A DNA stretch of 64,000 bases from an uncultured bacterium (GTDB lineage: Bacteria; Verrucomicrobiota; Verrucomicrobiia; Limisphaerales; UBA8199): the NCBI GenBank assembly GCA_963749495.1, contig CAVVMW010000005.1, positions 288,001-352,000 of the forward strand, given 5' to 3'. The notes under the pieces were generated by a model, which saw only the letters and a program-made list of their open reading frames with translations, was not told the origin of the DNA and did no database searches. Below, piece after piece: positions 9,626-21,033 of this stretch (within the stretch, counting starts at the first letter, position 1; every line of letters begins with the position of its first letter). Position numbers and translations under genes: made by a program.

Positions 9626-12502
9626 ATGCCACGTCAGCGAAAGACCAACGCGGCGCCCAAAGACGCCCAGTCCTATCGATACCCGGAGGCGGATCTGGCC
9701 GCCAGGCCGGAGATCGGCGCGCAGGCCCATTTCAAGAAGGCCAAAGCCCCCGCCGCTTACCGCTTCGATTCCTCGCTCGCGCCGGCACTCGAGTGGGACG
9801 GGCAGAACCCCTCCCGCGAGCAGGGCGAGGCGCTAATACGCGAACTGACGGATTGCGGGATGAAGCTCGCTGAGCTCGCCAAACAGCCCGCTGCGCCCGA
9901 ACGGGACCGCCAAATTGCCGAATTGCGCGCCCGGGTCCGCGCCGCCGAGTCGTCCCTGCGCAAAATCAGCGGCCCCTTCCTCAACTGGTCCGGCAAGGCC
10001 GAGCGCCTCAGCTTCGACGTGCCCACCCTCCCGCTCTTTGTCCACGAGCGCCTCTCCACCAAGGCCATCCTCGAAACGCTCAAAGGCCACAAGCGGGACA
10101 AGCAGGACGATTTCCTCGACGCCCTGTACGGGTTTCAGGAGCGTCCGCTCGCCGACCAACTCCTGCGCGCCTACGAATACCGCGACAATTGGGTCAACCG
10201 CCTCATCCTCGGCGATTCGCTCGTGGTGATGAACTCGCTCCTCCGCTACGAATCTCTCGGCGGCCAGGTGCAGATGATCTATATGGACCCGCCCTACGGC
10301 GTGAAGTTCGGCTCCAACTTTCAGCCCTTCGTCCGCAAACGCGACGTCTCCCACAACGACGACGCCGACCTGACCCGCGAGCCGGAGATGGTCCAGGCCT
10401 ACCGCGACACCTGGGAACTGGGCCTCCACTCCTATCTCACCTACCTGCGCGACCGCCTCCTGCTCGCACGCGAACTCCTCGCCCCCAGCGGCAGCATCTT
10501 CGTCCAAATCTCCGACGAAAACCTCCACCACGTCCGGGAAGTTATGGATGAGGTGTTCGGGGCGGAAAACTTCATCGTCACCATTCTGTTGAAAAAGAAG
10601 GGTGGACAGAAAGGTGGAACGCTTGACCCGATCAACGACTACATACTTTGGTTCGCCAAGGATCGCGAGAAGGCCAGGTCTCGAATCAAAAAGCTCTTCG
10701 TGCAGATTCCGGAGGAGGAACTAGCCAATTCATTTCGGTACGTCGAGTTGCCTGGTGGCGAAGAAGTCACGCTCACTGACCTGGGTAAGCGTGACGAACA
10801 GAGCTACCGTTCGCATCTGGGCCGCCTCTTTGAAAAACATCCAGACGCGAGGCTCTTCGCCTCTGAAAACCTGACTAGCGGTGGGTTCCGCCGGACGCAG
10901 AGCGTGGTTTACAGGTATCGCGGCGTTGCGTTCGACCCAGGCATCGAGAAGGGAAACTGCTGGAAGCATAGTGCTGTCACCGACGACGGCTCTGATTCAG
11001 GCATGGATCGCCTGGCAAAGGCGAAACGTCTCTTTATCGGTGAGAAGCAACTTCGTTACAAGCGATACGCGAGCGACTTTGGTTACTCGGAGGTAACAAA
11101 CTGGTGGGATGAATTCGGTGGAGCTTCCGACCCGCTTTATGTCGTGCAGACCAACCACGAAGTCATCAAGCGTTGTTTACTGATGACCACAGACCCGGGA
11201 GATTTGGTTCTCGATCCAACTTGCGGCAGCGGGACGACCGCGTTTGTGTCCGAGCAATGGGGTCGCCGTTGGATAACCTGTGACGCTAGCCGCGTGCCGC
11301 TCGCCCTCGCCCGCCAACGCCTCCTCACCGCCACATTTGATTACTACCAATTAAAGGACGATTCGAGAGGCCCGGCCGGCGGCTTCGTCTATGAACGCCG
11401 GCAGAATCAGAAGGGCGAGGAAGCCGGGGGCGTTGTTCCACACATCACCTCCAGTACCGTTGCCAACAACGAACCTACCACCCAGGAGGTGCTGGTGGAT
11501 CGTCCCGAGATCGCCAAGGGTGTCGTCCGCGTGAGCGGCCCGTTTTCGTTCGAGGCCACCATTCCGACCGCCGAGGGGTTGGACACCGAACCGGAGACCC
11601 CCGGCGTCCAGGGCGAACAATACGAGAGCTACGTGCAGCGGATGCTGGAAGTCCTGCGGCGCGCGCCAGTGCTGCGTCTTCCCGGCAACCAGACCGTGAC
11701 GTTGAAGAAGATCCGCCCGCCCGCCAAGACACTGGCCTTGAGCGCGGAGGCGGTCGTGGACAAGCCCAGCCTGGCCAACCTCGCTGACGATGCGTCCAAA
11801 CAGCCCGCCCTCACCCGCGACACCGACGCCGTGGCGATACTGTTCGGCCCGGAAAACGGCCCGTTGAGCGAGCGCCTGGTGCGCGAAGCATGGGACGAAG
11901 CGGGCTTGAAACACTACATGCACCTTTACGTCATCGGGTTCGCCATTGACCCGAAGGCGCGGCAGTTCATTGACAGCGCCGCGAAGATCGGCCTTCCCTG
12001 CACCTACCTGCAAGCGACGATGGACCTGCAAATGGGCGACCTGCTCAAGCACATGCGCAGCAGCCAGATCTTCAGCGTCTGCGGTTTGCCGGATGTCCAA
12101 GTGTCCAAAGTCCAAAGTCCAGAGCCCAAAGCCACCGCCAAGGAGCAGGCGTCACATTACGCGGAGCAACAATGGCAGGTCGAGTTGCTGGGGCTCGACA
12201 CCTTCGACCCGGTGACGATGGAAGCCGACCACCTGAAAGCAGCCGACGTGCCCGCGTGGTTCCTGGACACGGATTATAACGGCATGGTTTTCCGGGTGCG
12301 GCAGGCGTTTTTCCCCCGCACCGGCGCCTGGGAAAACCTCAAGAAGGCCTTGCGGGTAGAATTCGAGGACACGGTCTGGGACCACCTTGCCGGGACGACC
12401 AGCGCCCCATTTGCCGCCGGCGAGCACGGCCAGATCGCGGTGAAGGTGATTGACCCGCGCGGCAACGAGCTGCTGGTGGTGAAGAAGCTGGAGAACGTAT
12501 GA
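9626..12502 (+). CDS. mod: Type III R-M DNA methyltransferase (Mod)
   Basis: DPPY catalytic motif and DPTCGSGTT SAM-binding motif; upstream of Res. Confidence 0.92.
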   Translation: MPRQRKTNAAPKDAQSYRYPEADLAARPEIGAQAHFKKAKAPAAYRFDSSLAPALEWDGQNPSREQGEALIRELTDCGMKLAELAKQPAAPERDRQIAELRARVRAAESSLRKISGPFLNWSGKAERLSFDVPTLPLFVHERLSTKAILETLKGHKRDKQDDFLDALYGFQERPLADQLLRAYEYRDNWVNRLILGDSLVVMNSLLRYESLGGQVQMIYMDPPYGVKFGSNFQPFVRKRDVSHNDDADLTREPEMVQAYRDTWELGLHSYLTYLRDRLLLARELLAPSGSIFVQISDENLHHVREVMDEVFGAENFIVTILLKKKGGQKGGTLDPINDYILWFAKDREKARSRIKKLFVQIPEEELANSFRYVELPGGEEVTLTDLGKRDEQSYRSHLGRLFEKHPDARLFASENLTSGGFRRTQSVVYRYRGVAFDPGIEKGNCWKHSAVTDDGSDSGMDRLAKAKRLFIGEKQLRYKRYASDFGYSEVTNWWDEFGGASDPLYVVQTNHEVIKRCLLMTTDPGDLVLDPTCGSGTTAFVSEQWGRRWITCDASRVPLALARQRLLTATFDYYQLKDDSRGPAGGFVYERRQNQKGEEAGGVVPHITSSTVANNEPTTQEVLVDRPEIAKGVVRVSGPFSFEATIPTAEGLDTEPETPGVQGEQYESYVQRMLEVLRRAPVLRLPGNQTVTLKKIRPPAKTLALSAEAVVDKPSLANLADDASKQPALTRDTDAVAILFGPENGPLSERLVREAWDEAGLKHYMHLYVIGFAIDPKARQFIDSAAKIGLPCTYLQATMDLQMGDLLKHMRSSQIFSVCGLPDVQVSKVQSPEPKATAKEQASHYAEQQWQVELLGLDTFDPVTMEADHLKAADVPAWFLDTDYNGMVFRVRQAFFPRTGAWENLKKALRVEFEDTVWDHLAGTTSAPFAAGEHGQIAVKVIDPRGNELLVVKKLENV

Positions 12503-13521
12503 TAACCGAACTGAGGATCGAGAACTTCCGAGGCTTCGCCTCGTTGGACTTGAAAAACCTAAAGCGTGTCAACCTTGTCGTTGGCGAAAACAATGCGGGA
12601 AAGACTTCGCTTCTGGAGGCGATTTTCCTCTTATGCGAACCGTCCCGCATTGGCGAGCTTCCCAACCTGTTCCGCGCACAGCAGGGGAAACCGGACATGT
12701 TTTTCCGCTGGCTGCTGCGGGATGGCGCCAAGGGCGAGGAGGGTCTGCTTTCTGCCAAAGCGGACGATGCTGAGTCGGTCCTTCGCCTGAGCCCGCCCCG
12801 CCATCAGGCCGGGGTCATAACTGACCAGGACTTCATACAGAACCCGGCGAACCCGGGCTCGTCTGGCGCTACGGGCGAAGTAATCACCAGCCGTGCTCGC
12901 GGCCGCCTGTTTTACCAGGGTGCGGCGTTCTGGCTGTGGGGCGATCCGAGCTTTAAGGGCAGGTGTCGAGTCATCCCCGTCCAGAACCGCGACCCGAGCG
13001 CTTTGGTGACGCTGGTGGGGAAAGCTCTCCGCAAAGGAGATGGCGAAGAGACGCTCCAACAGCTGCTGGCGAAGGTTGACCCGCGCATCAAGAAGGTGCG
13101 CGTGGATCCGGGCGAGGAGGGCAACCAGGTGATCGTGGACATTGGCCTCAGCGAACTTCTGCCGGTCTCCCAGGTGGGGCAGGGTGTTTACCGGTTGCTG
13201 GCGATTCTGGCCGATATCATCGGAGAGAACCCCGACGTGGTACTCATTGATGAAGTGGAGAACGGCCTTCACCATTCCATTCACGAACAAATTTGGACTG
13301 GGCTGGCGGAGACGGCCAAGAAACTGGATGTGCAGATCATCGCGACAACCCATAGCGAGGAGTGCCTCCACGCCGCTCACAACGCGTTCCTGGGCCGAGA
13401 GGATTACGATCTTAGCGTGATCCAGTTGTTTCGGATCGAGTCTGGCGTGCAGGGGCGCGTGCTGAGTCGAGAATTTATCGAGGCCGGAATTGACGGAAAC
13501 ATCGACCTGCGCGGATTATGA
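12499..13521 (+). CDS. ABC-type AAA ATPase (AAA_15/AAA_21-like)
   Basis: IENFRGF, GENNAGKT Walker A, LIDEVENGLH Walker B, TTHS. Confidence 0.88.
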   Translation: MITELRIENFRGFASLDLKNLKRVNLVVGENNAGKTSLLEAIFLLCEPSRIGELPNLFRAQQGKPDMFFRWLLRDGAKGEEGLLSAKADDAESVLRLSPPRHQAGVITDQDFIQNPANPGSSGATGEVITSRARGRLFYQGAAFWLWGDPSFKGRCRVIPVQNRDPSALVTLVGKALRKGDGEETLQQLLAKVDPRIKKVRVDPGEEGNQVIVDIGLSELLPVSQVGQGVYRLLAILADIIGENPDVVLIDEVENGLHHSIHEQIWTGLAETAKKLDVQIIATTHSEECLHAAHNAFLGREDYDLSVIQLFRIESGVQGRVLSREFIEAGIDGNIDLRGL

Positions 13522-14210
13522 GTGCAGCGAAACCAGATACGGACAGGAGGCGGAAGTGGAAGAACGAGCCACTGGTTCTTTTTGTCGAGGGTTACAGCGA
13601 CCTGACGTTCTACGCGGAGATGATGGAGCACATCGGCCTTTTCGAACAGTGCTTCATCCAAGATCTTGGTGGCAAGGGGCGCGGGAAACTCCGCAAGGAG
13701 GCCTCCCTGCTTCTCACGCCAACCAACCTGGCGCGGATTTCTGCCGCAGGCGTGTTGCTTGATGCAGATGACAATGCCGCTGCGGCCTTCTCATTGGCCC
13801 GCAACGCGCTAAAGGACGCTGTTGGTGTGGACGTCCAGAGGATGGGCGAGTGGGTCCAGGCAAGCAACAGCAACGCGCGCTTTGGTGTTTTCATCGTCGG
13901 CACAGGACAGCAGGTTGAAGTCGAATCACTCGCCTGGGCCGCGTGGAGCGGTAAGCCGGAGAATGGTGCCTTTCGGGGCTGCGTTGACGATTTCATAAAG
14001 TGCGCCGCGGATTGGGGCAAAAACCTTAAGAGCATCAACAAGGTGCGAATCGGGGCGGTTCTGTCCGTCCTCAACGAGGATGACCCAAGACTCGGCCCCG
14101 GGGCACGCGCAAAGCTGTTCGACTTCGCAGCCGCCGAGTTCTGCGCCCTTCGAGAGTTTCTGAAAGCGATGGCGACCGAAGCCCGAGGCGGTGGCGCTTC
14201 GGGGCGGTGA
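13518..14210 (+). CDS. DUF3226-like TOPRIM-fold protein
   Basis: LFVEGYSD and LLDADD acidic motifs; ATGA-coupled to the ATPase. Confidence 0.7.
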   Translation: MSAAKPDTDRRRKWKNEPLVLFVEGYSDLTFYAEMMEHIGLFEQCFIQDLGGKGRGKLRKEASLLLTPTNLARISAAGVLLDADDNAAAAFSLARNALKDAVGVDVQRMGEWVQASNSNARFGVFIVGTGQQVEVESLAWAAWSGKPENGAFRGCVDDFIKCAADWGKNLKSINKVRIGAVLSVLNEDDPRLGPGARAKLFDFAAAEFCALREFLKAMATEARGGGASGR

Positions 14211-14234
14211 AATTCAAGGAATCACACTCCGAAG

Positions 14235-17200
14235 ATGAGCAATTTCGAAGTCCCCAACCCCATCCTCAGTTCTCCCTTCGAGGAACCCAAGGAGCACTGG
14301 TGGATTCTGGAAGGCGAACCCGCCGAGCGGCGGCAGGGACGCCGGCCAGCCCTCTATTTCTACCGCGATCCGAAGCGGGCGACCGACGAGCGCGGCGGTC
14401 TGGCCATCGAAATGAAGCTGGTCAATCGCATCCGCGAGCGCGTGAAGGCCTGGCGCGAGCGCGGGCATGCGGGCGTCACCCGCACGACCCTGGAACTGCT
14501 CCACCACTGGCGGCGCGACGGCCGGGATCGCCGGCTGTTCTTCGCCCAGATTGAGGCGGTCGAGACGATCATCTTTCTTGTCGAAGCGCGGGCTGATTTC
14601 CGCCAGGGGCTGGACATTCCGCGGGACGAGCCTAGCGACGACCGCAAGGAGGAAGGGCTTGCCGGGTTTGTCCGTTATGCTTGCAAGATGGCCACCGGCT
14701 CGGGCAAGACCACCGTCATGGGGATGCTCGCGGCCTGGAGCATCCTCAATAAGGTGAACGACCGCGCCGACGGCCGTTTTTCCGACGCGGTGCTGGTGGT
14801 CGTGCCAAACGTGACCATCCGCGACCGCTGCCGGGAGCTGGATCCCGAACTGGGCGAGGCCAGCCTCTACCGCACGCGCGACCTGGTGCCCGGCCATCTC
14901 ATGGAACGGTTGCGACAGAGCAAAGTCATCGTCACCAACTGGCATGTCTTTGAGCCGCAATCGGTGACCAACGGCGACGCGGCTAAAGTGGTGAAACGGG
15001 GGCGCGAAGTTCTGACGACCGAAACGGTCCGCATCGCCGAAAAGAACGACACCAAACGCGGCACGCGGTTTCTCACCCGCGAATCATTGCGTCAGCAAAT
15101 CGCCCAGGGAATGTTGGAGGTCCTCGAAGGGAATCCTGATGAGGACGTGGCGGTCAAGATCCGGAGCCGGCGTTACGTTGAAAGCGACACGGCCTTAGTC
15201 AACCGCATTCTCGGTCGTGAGACGGGAGGCAAGCAGAACCTCCTGGTGATGAATGACGAGGCCCACCATGCTTACCGCATCAGACGCGAGGAGCCGGATG
15301 AAGCCGAGGCGGAAGATTTTGGGGAAGAGGAGGAAGCCGAGGAATTCTTCAAGGAAGCGACCGTCTGGGTTGACGGCCTGGATCGCATCAACAAGGTGCT
15401 GGGCCGCAATGGACGGGGTGGCATCAACTTTTGCGTGGACCTTTCGGCCACGCCCTACTTCCTGGGCCGCGTTGGCCAGCAAACCAATCGCCCCTTCCCT
15501 TGGGTTGTCAGTGACTTTAGCCTCATGGACGCCATCGAGTCCGGGCTGGTCAAGATTCCACAACTGGCCATTCGTGACACGACTGGCGCGGAAATTCCCG
15601 GCTACTTCAACATCTGGCGCTGGATTCTGCAGCCAGGGCGTCTCACTCCCGCCGAGCGCGGCGGCAGGCACGCCAGTCCGAAGCCCGAGGCGGTCCTCAA
15701 ATGGGCCCATACGCCTATCGCCATGCTCGCGGGCTTGTGGGAGGCCGATTTCAAGGCGTGGAAGGAGAATGGGGAGCCACGCCCGCCGGTGTTCATCCTG
15801 GTTTGCACGAACACCGCGCTCGCAAACGTCGTCTTCGACTGGCTGGCGAATGGAAACTGTCCCAGCGGCATCCCGCCGGCGAAGCTTGAGGGGTTTCGAA
15901 ACACACAAACTGAGACCAACACGATCGTGGTTCACTCCAAGGTCGTTCACGAGACAGACTCCGATGCCGCCAAGTCCGACGAATCGCGTTGGATGCGTTT
16001 CACCCTCGACACCGTTGGCAAGTCAACATGGCCGATAGATTCCCAAGGCCGGGAGCTTTATCCCGAAGGCTTCGCAGAAGTTGCGGACAAACTCAAGCGG
16101 GACCGGCATCCGCCAGGTCGCGACGTTCGCTGCATCGTGAGCGTCGGAATGCTGACGGAAGGGTGGGATTGCAGCACCGTGACGCACATCGTTGGCTTGC
16201 GGCCCTTCATGTCGCAATTACTGTGCGAACAAGTGGTCGGCCGGGGCTCTCGCCGGGCCAGCTACGAGCCGGGCCCGGACGGCCTGATGCCTGAGGAGGT
16301 ATCCAAGGTATTCGGGGTGCCTTTCGAGGTTGTGCCCTTCAAGGCAAACCCCGGCGGCAAGCCCCCACCGCCCGTCAAGCGATTCCACGTTCACGCTTTG
16401 CCGGAACGGGCGCATCTCGAAATCCGTTTCCCGCGTGTGGAGGGCTACACGCAGGCGGTGCGCAACCGCGTGACGGTGGACTGGAAGAATGTCCCCGCGC
16501 TCATCATCAAGCCTGACCAGATTCCCCCCGAGGTGGAGGTCAAAGGACTCAATCTCAACAACCGTGGCCGCCCGTCCCTCCTTGGCCCAGGCCGACTGGA
16601 CCACGTCACGCTGAAGGAACGCCGCTCGCATCTGCGTTTGCAGGAACTGGTTTTCGATGTAGCGCGAGCCTTGACTCGCGACTTCATCCAACAGCGCGGC
16701 TCAGAAGTGCCCGCCCAAGTGTTGTTTCCACAACTCGCGGCGATTGTGGACCGCTATGTCCGGGACGAGGTGGTGGTGTCGCCGCCGGCCGACCTGCGCA
16801 ACCTCCTCTTCGCACCGTACTATGGCTGGCTGGTCGAGGTCCTCGTTGAATCAATTCGGCCGGACGCCGCCAATGGCGAATCGCCGGAGATTCCGCGCTT
16901 GGAGGCTTCGCGCGGCCCAGGTTCCACGGGCAACGTCAATTTCTGGACCACACGCGAGGTGCGAGAGATCCGCAAATCACATGTCAATTACATGGTCGCG
17001 GACACACGCCGGTGGGAGCAAACCGCCGCCTTCTATATCGATACTCATAAAGCCGTGCGCGCCTTCGCCAAGAACGCCGGTCTCGGCTTCGCCATTCCCT
17101 ACCTCCACAATGGGCAGATGCACGATTACCAGCCCGACTTTATCATCCACCTTGATTCCCCAACCGAGCGTTTCCTTGTCCTGGAGACAAAAGGTTACGA

Positions 17201-17345
17201 TCCTCTCGCAAACGTCAAGCAGGCGGCGGCCTGCCGGTGGTGCGCCGCGGTAAATGCACAGGGCGGGTTTGGTCATTGGTCCTATCAACTCGTCCGCCGA
17301 ACGGATCAGGTCAGGGGCGTTCTGGACGCCTCACAGGTGAGTTAA
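14235..17345 (+). CDS. res: Type III R-M restriction endonuclease/helicase (Res)
   Basis: MATGSGKT, NDEAHH, LSAT, MLTEGWD and C-terminal PDF...LETKG nuclease motif. Confidence 0.92.
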   Translation: MSNFEVPNPILSSPFEEPKEHWWILEGEPAERRQGRRPALYFYRDPKRATDERGGLAIEMKLVNRIRERVKAWRERGHAGVTRTTLELLHHWRRDGRDRRLFFAQIEAVETIIFLVEARADFRQGLDIPRDEPSDDRKEEGLAGFVRYACKMATGSGKTTVMGMLAAWSILNKVNDRADGRFSDAVLVVVPNVTIRDRCRELDPELGEASLYRTRDLVPGHLMERLRQSKVIVTNWHVFEPQSVTNGDAAKVVKRGREVLTTETVRIAEKNDTKRGTRFLTRESLRQQIAQGMLEVLEGNPDEDVAVKIRSRRYVESDTALVNRILGRETGGKQNLLVMNDEAHHAYRIRREEPDEAEAEDFGEEEEAEEFFKEATVWVDGLDRINKVLGRNGRGGINFCVDLSATPYFLGRVGQQTNRPFPWVVSDFSLMDAIESGLVKIPQLAIRDTTGAEIPGYFNIWRWILQPGRLTPAERGGRHASPKPEAVLKWAHTPIAMLAGLWEADFKAWKENGEPRPPVFILVCTNTALANVVFDWLANGNCPSGIPPAKLEGFRNTQTETNTIVVHSKVVHETDSDAAKSDESRWMRFTLDTVGKSTWPIDSQGRELYPEGFAEVADKLKRDRHPPGRDVRCIVSVGMLTEGWDCSTVTHIVGLRPFMSQLLCEQVVGRGSRRASYEPGPDGLMPEEVSKVFGVPFEVVPFKANPGGKPPPPVKRFHVHALPERAHLEIRFPRVEGYTQAVRNRVTVDWKNVPALIIKPDQIPPEVEVKGLNLNNRGRPSLLGPGRLDHVTLKERRSHLRLQELVFDVARALTRDFIQQRGSEVPAQVLFPQLAAIVDRYVRDEVVVSPPADLRNLLFAPYYGWLVEVLVESIRPDAANGESPEIPRLEASRGPGSTGNVNFWTTREVREIRKSHVNYMVADTRRWEQTAAFYIDTHKAVRAFAKNAGLGFAIPYLHNGQMHDYQPDFIIHLDSPTERFLVLETKGYDPLANVKQAAACRWCAAVNAQGGFGHWSYQLVRRTDQVRGVLDASQVS

Positions 17346-17544
17346 CTAGAGCTTGTCCCAAAACCACAAGAGGCCCGTAAATACAGGCGTTTCGTAGCAT
17401 CAGCACGTCAACATAAACAGTGCTGTTTCCGATTTTGTTGGTAACGAACCTGAGCCGCCGGTTCACAGCCAGGAGGCGTTTAGACGTAATAATCGCGATC
17501 ATCTCCGATTGTTGTCGAGCGGTAACGGCGCCAATGCGCTAGGG

Positions 17545-18861
17545 TCAATAGGTGCCCAGGGTAACACGCAGCGTTTGCGGAGTGTCGCGGAACGGCAAGG
17601 CATGGTCGGTCTCGTCCCCGTTTAGGATGCGCATCACACGGAAGGCGGATGCCGGCGAGTAGTCACGCCCATTGTGGGAAGCGTTGGGCTTCCTTTCCAG
17701 TTGCTCGGCTTCCTCGACCCGGAGCCAGTCACGATGCCCTCCGGACGCCACTTTGAACTCGATGGTGCAGGAGCTGCCGGTGATGAAAAATTGGTTCTCC
17801 TCGATTTGGGCAACCAGCGCACATCCCCTGGGCGGGGGCGGGGCGGCTTCTCCCGCGTCCGGGCCCGCGCCACGTTGGCCACGCGTCCCGCCGGTCGCGT
17901 TGTTGGTTGCGGTTGGGTTTGCCGCCGCCCCTGCACCGGGGCCTCCGCCAAAACCCCCTGGACGGCGTCCGGCTCCCCTGAAGTTGATGATTGCGCTCCA
18001 GGCTCCAAAATCGAGCGTTGCGCTCGTCTGGCCTGCTTCTTCTTCAACCGCCTTGACTTTGCCTTCGAAATTGAGCCGCGCCACTTCGCGCATGATAGGT
18101 TCGAGCATCCTGTAGTTCATCCCGACCGGGGCGATGGATTCGGGCGTTGCCCGCGTGTAGTCAAGGCCAAAGGGCGACCAACCGATGGCTCCGCGCCCCA
18201 GCGCGGCGAAGCACATCCGGCTGCCGTTGCCGGTTCCGCCGGTCTCCGGGACGAACAGGGCGTTGTCGGGCCGCGAGTAATGGTCCAGCACAGCCAGGTA
18301 TTTCGTGCTGTCACGCATGTAAATGTCGGGACAAAGAATATCAATGGCGGGAGCGGCCGCCTTCCAAATGCCCAGGACATTGTCGGTGGCGCCGCCGCTT
18401 TCGTAGGTGCCGGCGCGGGGATTGGTCAGGGGATCGCGCAACGCGGCGTTGACGTACATCGGCAACGGGTATTCGGCCTTGCCAGCCGCGGCCACTTGGC
18501 CAATGTAATGGGTCACACAGTAGGCGTGAACAACAATCGAGGGGTCGAATTTGCCCTGCTCCGGCTCGAATTGCTCCCAATAAACCGGGATCTCCAGCGT
18601 GTTGGCGTGCAGGTCGTCAATGGCCGCCCAGACCTTGGGGAGCGTCCCCGGCCACGCGCTGGAATTGTGGGACTGCGCACCCAGCATGAGGAAGGGCGCG
18701 CCATCCACGAACAGCGCGTGGTGTCCGTTGGAAGCGACAATCCGGGGCATCGGGTTTGCGGCCCCCGCCGCTGTTTGACCGCTGAACAGAACAAGGCCAA
18801 GGCCGGCCAGGGCTGCGGCGCAAAGCCGGCCGCACGAGCGTATGCTGATTTCGAGTTTCAT
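17545..18861 (-). pseudogene. DUF5597/GH35-like protein with internal deletion
   Basis: VDGAPFLMLGAQSHNSSAW, YESGG, NALFVPE; lacks the WFGTWKN...ENE segment present in paralog 26431-27504. Confidence 0.65.
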
Positions 18862-18890
18862 ATTGGTTTGACTCTGGTTTCACTGCTCAG

Positions 18891-20316
18891 TTAGCGATGT
18901 CGCCGTAGAGAACTCCACGGCCATTGGTGCCGACATACAGAACGTCCATAAACGCGCGGGTCGCCCGTGATGCACTCGAACCGGTTGCCCCATTGATGCT
19001 CCGCATCGTTGATGCGGACCCAGGTGGCGCCCGCGTCATCGGAACGGTAAAGTCCCGCCGCCGCGCCGCTGCCGCCGGCGGCCACAAAAATGGCGGGATA
19101 GTCTTTGCCCGGCGCGGCTTTGCCAAAGCTGAACTGGCCAATCGGCGGATGGTTGGGGATTTCCTTGAAGGTTCGACCTCCATCGCTCGAATGGCAGAGC
19201 GTTTGTCCAACAAACCAAAGGTCTCCCTCTCTGCCCCCAACGGCAACCAATCGGCTTCCGCCACGCCCGCCGCGTCCGCCGCCACCTCCCGTGGCAGGCA
19301 GGCCGGTGACTTCGTAGCCGTTCGTGAACGTCGCCCCGCCGTCGGTGCTCAGATACATTCGATGCGCAGCCGAATCCAGCCCGTAGAACTTCGCGGGGTT
19401 GGAGCGGTCGGCGATCGGGTTGAAGCCGGCAGGCAGGCAGGCCACGTCCTTCCACGTCGCGCCCCTGTCAGTGGAAATTCGCGGAGTCCCACCTGTGCTC
19501 ATGAAAACCGACCCATCCGCTGAGAGAATCAGCCGCCCGCCTCCGCCCCGCCTGCCACCTGCGGCAGCCTCTCCGCCGAACGTGAAGGGCTTCCAATTGT
19601 GTCCGCCGTCCAATGAATACGCCATCGTGCCCTCGTCGGGAGGGTGAAACGGCGGGCTTCCCGTCCGGACGACAACGTTGGGATTGTTCTCGGCGAAATC
19701 CAGCCATGAGTTGTTTGCGAACAGCGGGTGCCGATTCGGCCCTTGGGGAGGGCTTACATTCAGGTCATCGTGCGTGAAGCCGCTAATATCTCCAAAGCCG
19801 CTGATCAGGTGCGCGCCGCCCGTCGGGCTGATGAGGTTAAGAATGGCGGTTTCCTCGATGCCGTCCGCCCAAATCGTCCAATGAGTGTCGCCGCCGGAAT
19901 CGGCATTATTCATAAAAAGTCTTGCCTTGGTCCATGGACCGCAGGATGGCCGCCGGCTGGCCTTGCCCCATCCCCGCGGCGATATAGACGCGCTGTGGAT
20001 CCATGGGGTCGGTCGCGATGCTCTCCGAGCTGTGGAGATTGCCGACGCCGCACCAGTCGGTCAGAGGCATCCATCGTTTCGTCTGGCTGTCCCACTTGTA
20101 GGAACTGCCGATATCGGTGCGACAGTAGGCCAGGTCCTTTTGGGTGCTGTTGAAGACAATTCCACAGATGAAGCCCCCGCCCTTCACGGTGACATTTTTC
20201 CAGGTGTACGGCTGGGAAGGGATGCTGGCGGATTGACCGAGTGCAATCGCCGGGCCTAGCGCGAGGCAAAGGCCAACCCCAAAGATCTTCGATGAGGACA
20301 ATGCATTGATTCTCAT
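18891..20316 (-). pseudogene. GH74 xyloglucanase-like protein, deleted/frameshifted
   Basis: GGGFICGI, RTDIG, GIEET, SxDxGxTW Asp-boxes, YVGTNGRG; spread over three frames. Confidence 0.7.
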
Positions 20317-20631
20317 AAATGCCTTAGGATGAGGAACGGTTTGCCATCAACGATCAGTTGGCGCGGTCCTCGGGGTTCCTGAAGTCGCCCTCGCCGATGG
20401 GTTTCATGTCGACTGCCACGTTCCATACTATTGTTCCCGCATGAATCGCAAAAACCTGACACAAAAAGCACCGACTTTCGCATGCTTGACAGCATTTGCT
20501 CCCGCCGGGGTCAAAAACGGCTTGCTCGCCAGTGCATGAACAAGACAGGCGAGCAGGCGGGTTATCCAGTTGTCCAAGAGGGCCGGTTCGAGATTCAAGA
20601 ACCCGTCGCAGCGGGCGAATCGGCTCGAGCC

Positions 20632-21033
20632 TTAACGGCCCGCGGCGTAATCAGCCAGGCGGATGGCCAGGCTGGGATAGCACTTCAACACCTCCTGGTC
20701 CGTCGTAATTAGTTTGCAGTTGAGCCGCTGGGCCAGGGCCACATATTCCGCGTCGTAAGCCGAGAGCGAACTGGCCCCGAGGATGGAGAAGACCTCCGCA
20801 TCTGTCAGATGGTGGGCTTGGACGCTCAACGCCGCCAGCGCGCCAGCCGCCATCAGCGTGGCCAGCGCTTCTCCCTTGCGCAGATAGCCAGCCGCCACAC
20901 TACGGAATTCGGTGCGGGAGAGAAAAGGAGCGTGCCACTCCGGATCCCGGTCCCGGCAGGCCACCGCCCCGGCATGGTAGGCATCGGAAGAGATGACGAA
21001 GCCGCAGATGACGCTGTTATCCACGACGATCAT
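20632..21033 (-). CDS. PIN-domain (VapC) toxin
   Basis: IVVDNSV, LSAYDAEYVALA, LITTD motifs. Confidence 0.88.
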   Translation of the reverse strand: MIVVDNSVICGFVISSDAYHAGAVACRDRDPEWHAPFLSRTEFRSVAAGYLRKGEALATLMAAGALAALSVQAHHLTDAEVFSILGASSLSAYDAEYVALAQRLNCKLITTDQEVLKCYPSLAIRLADYAAGR

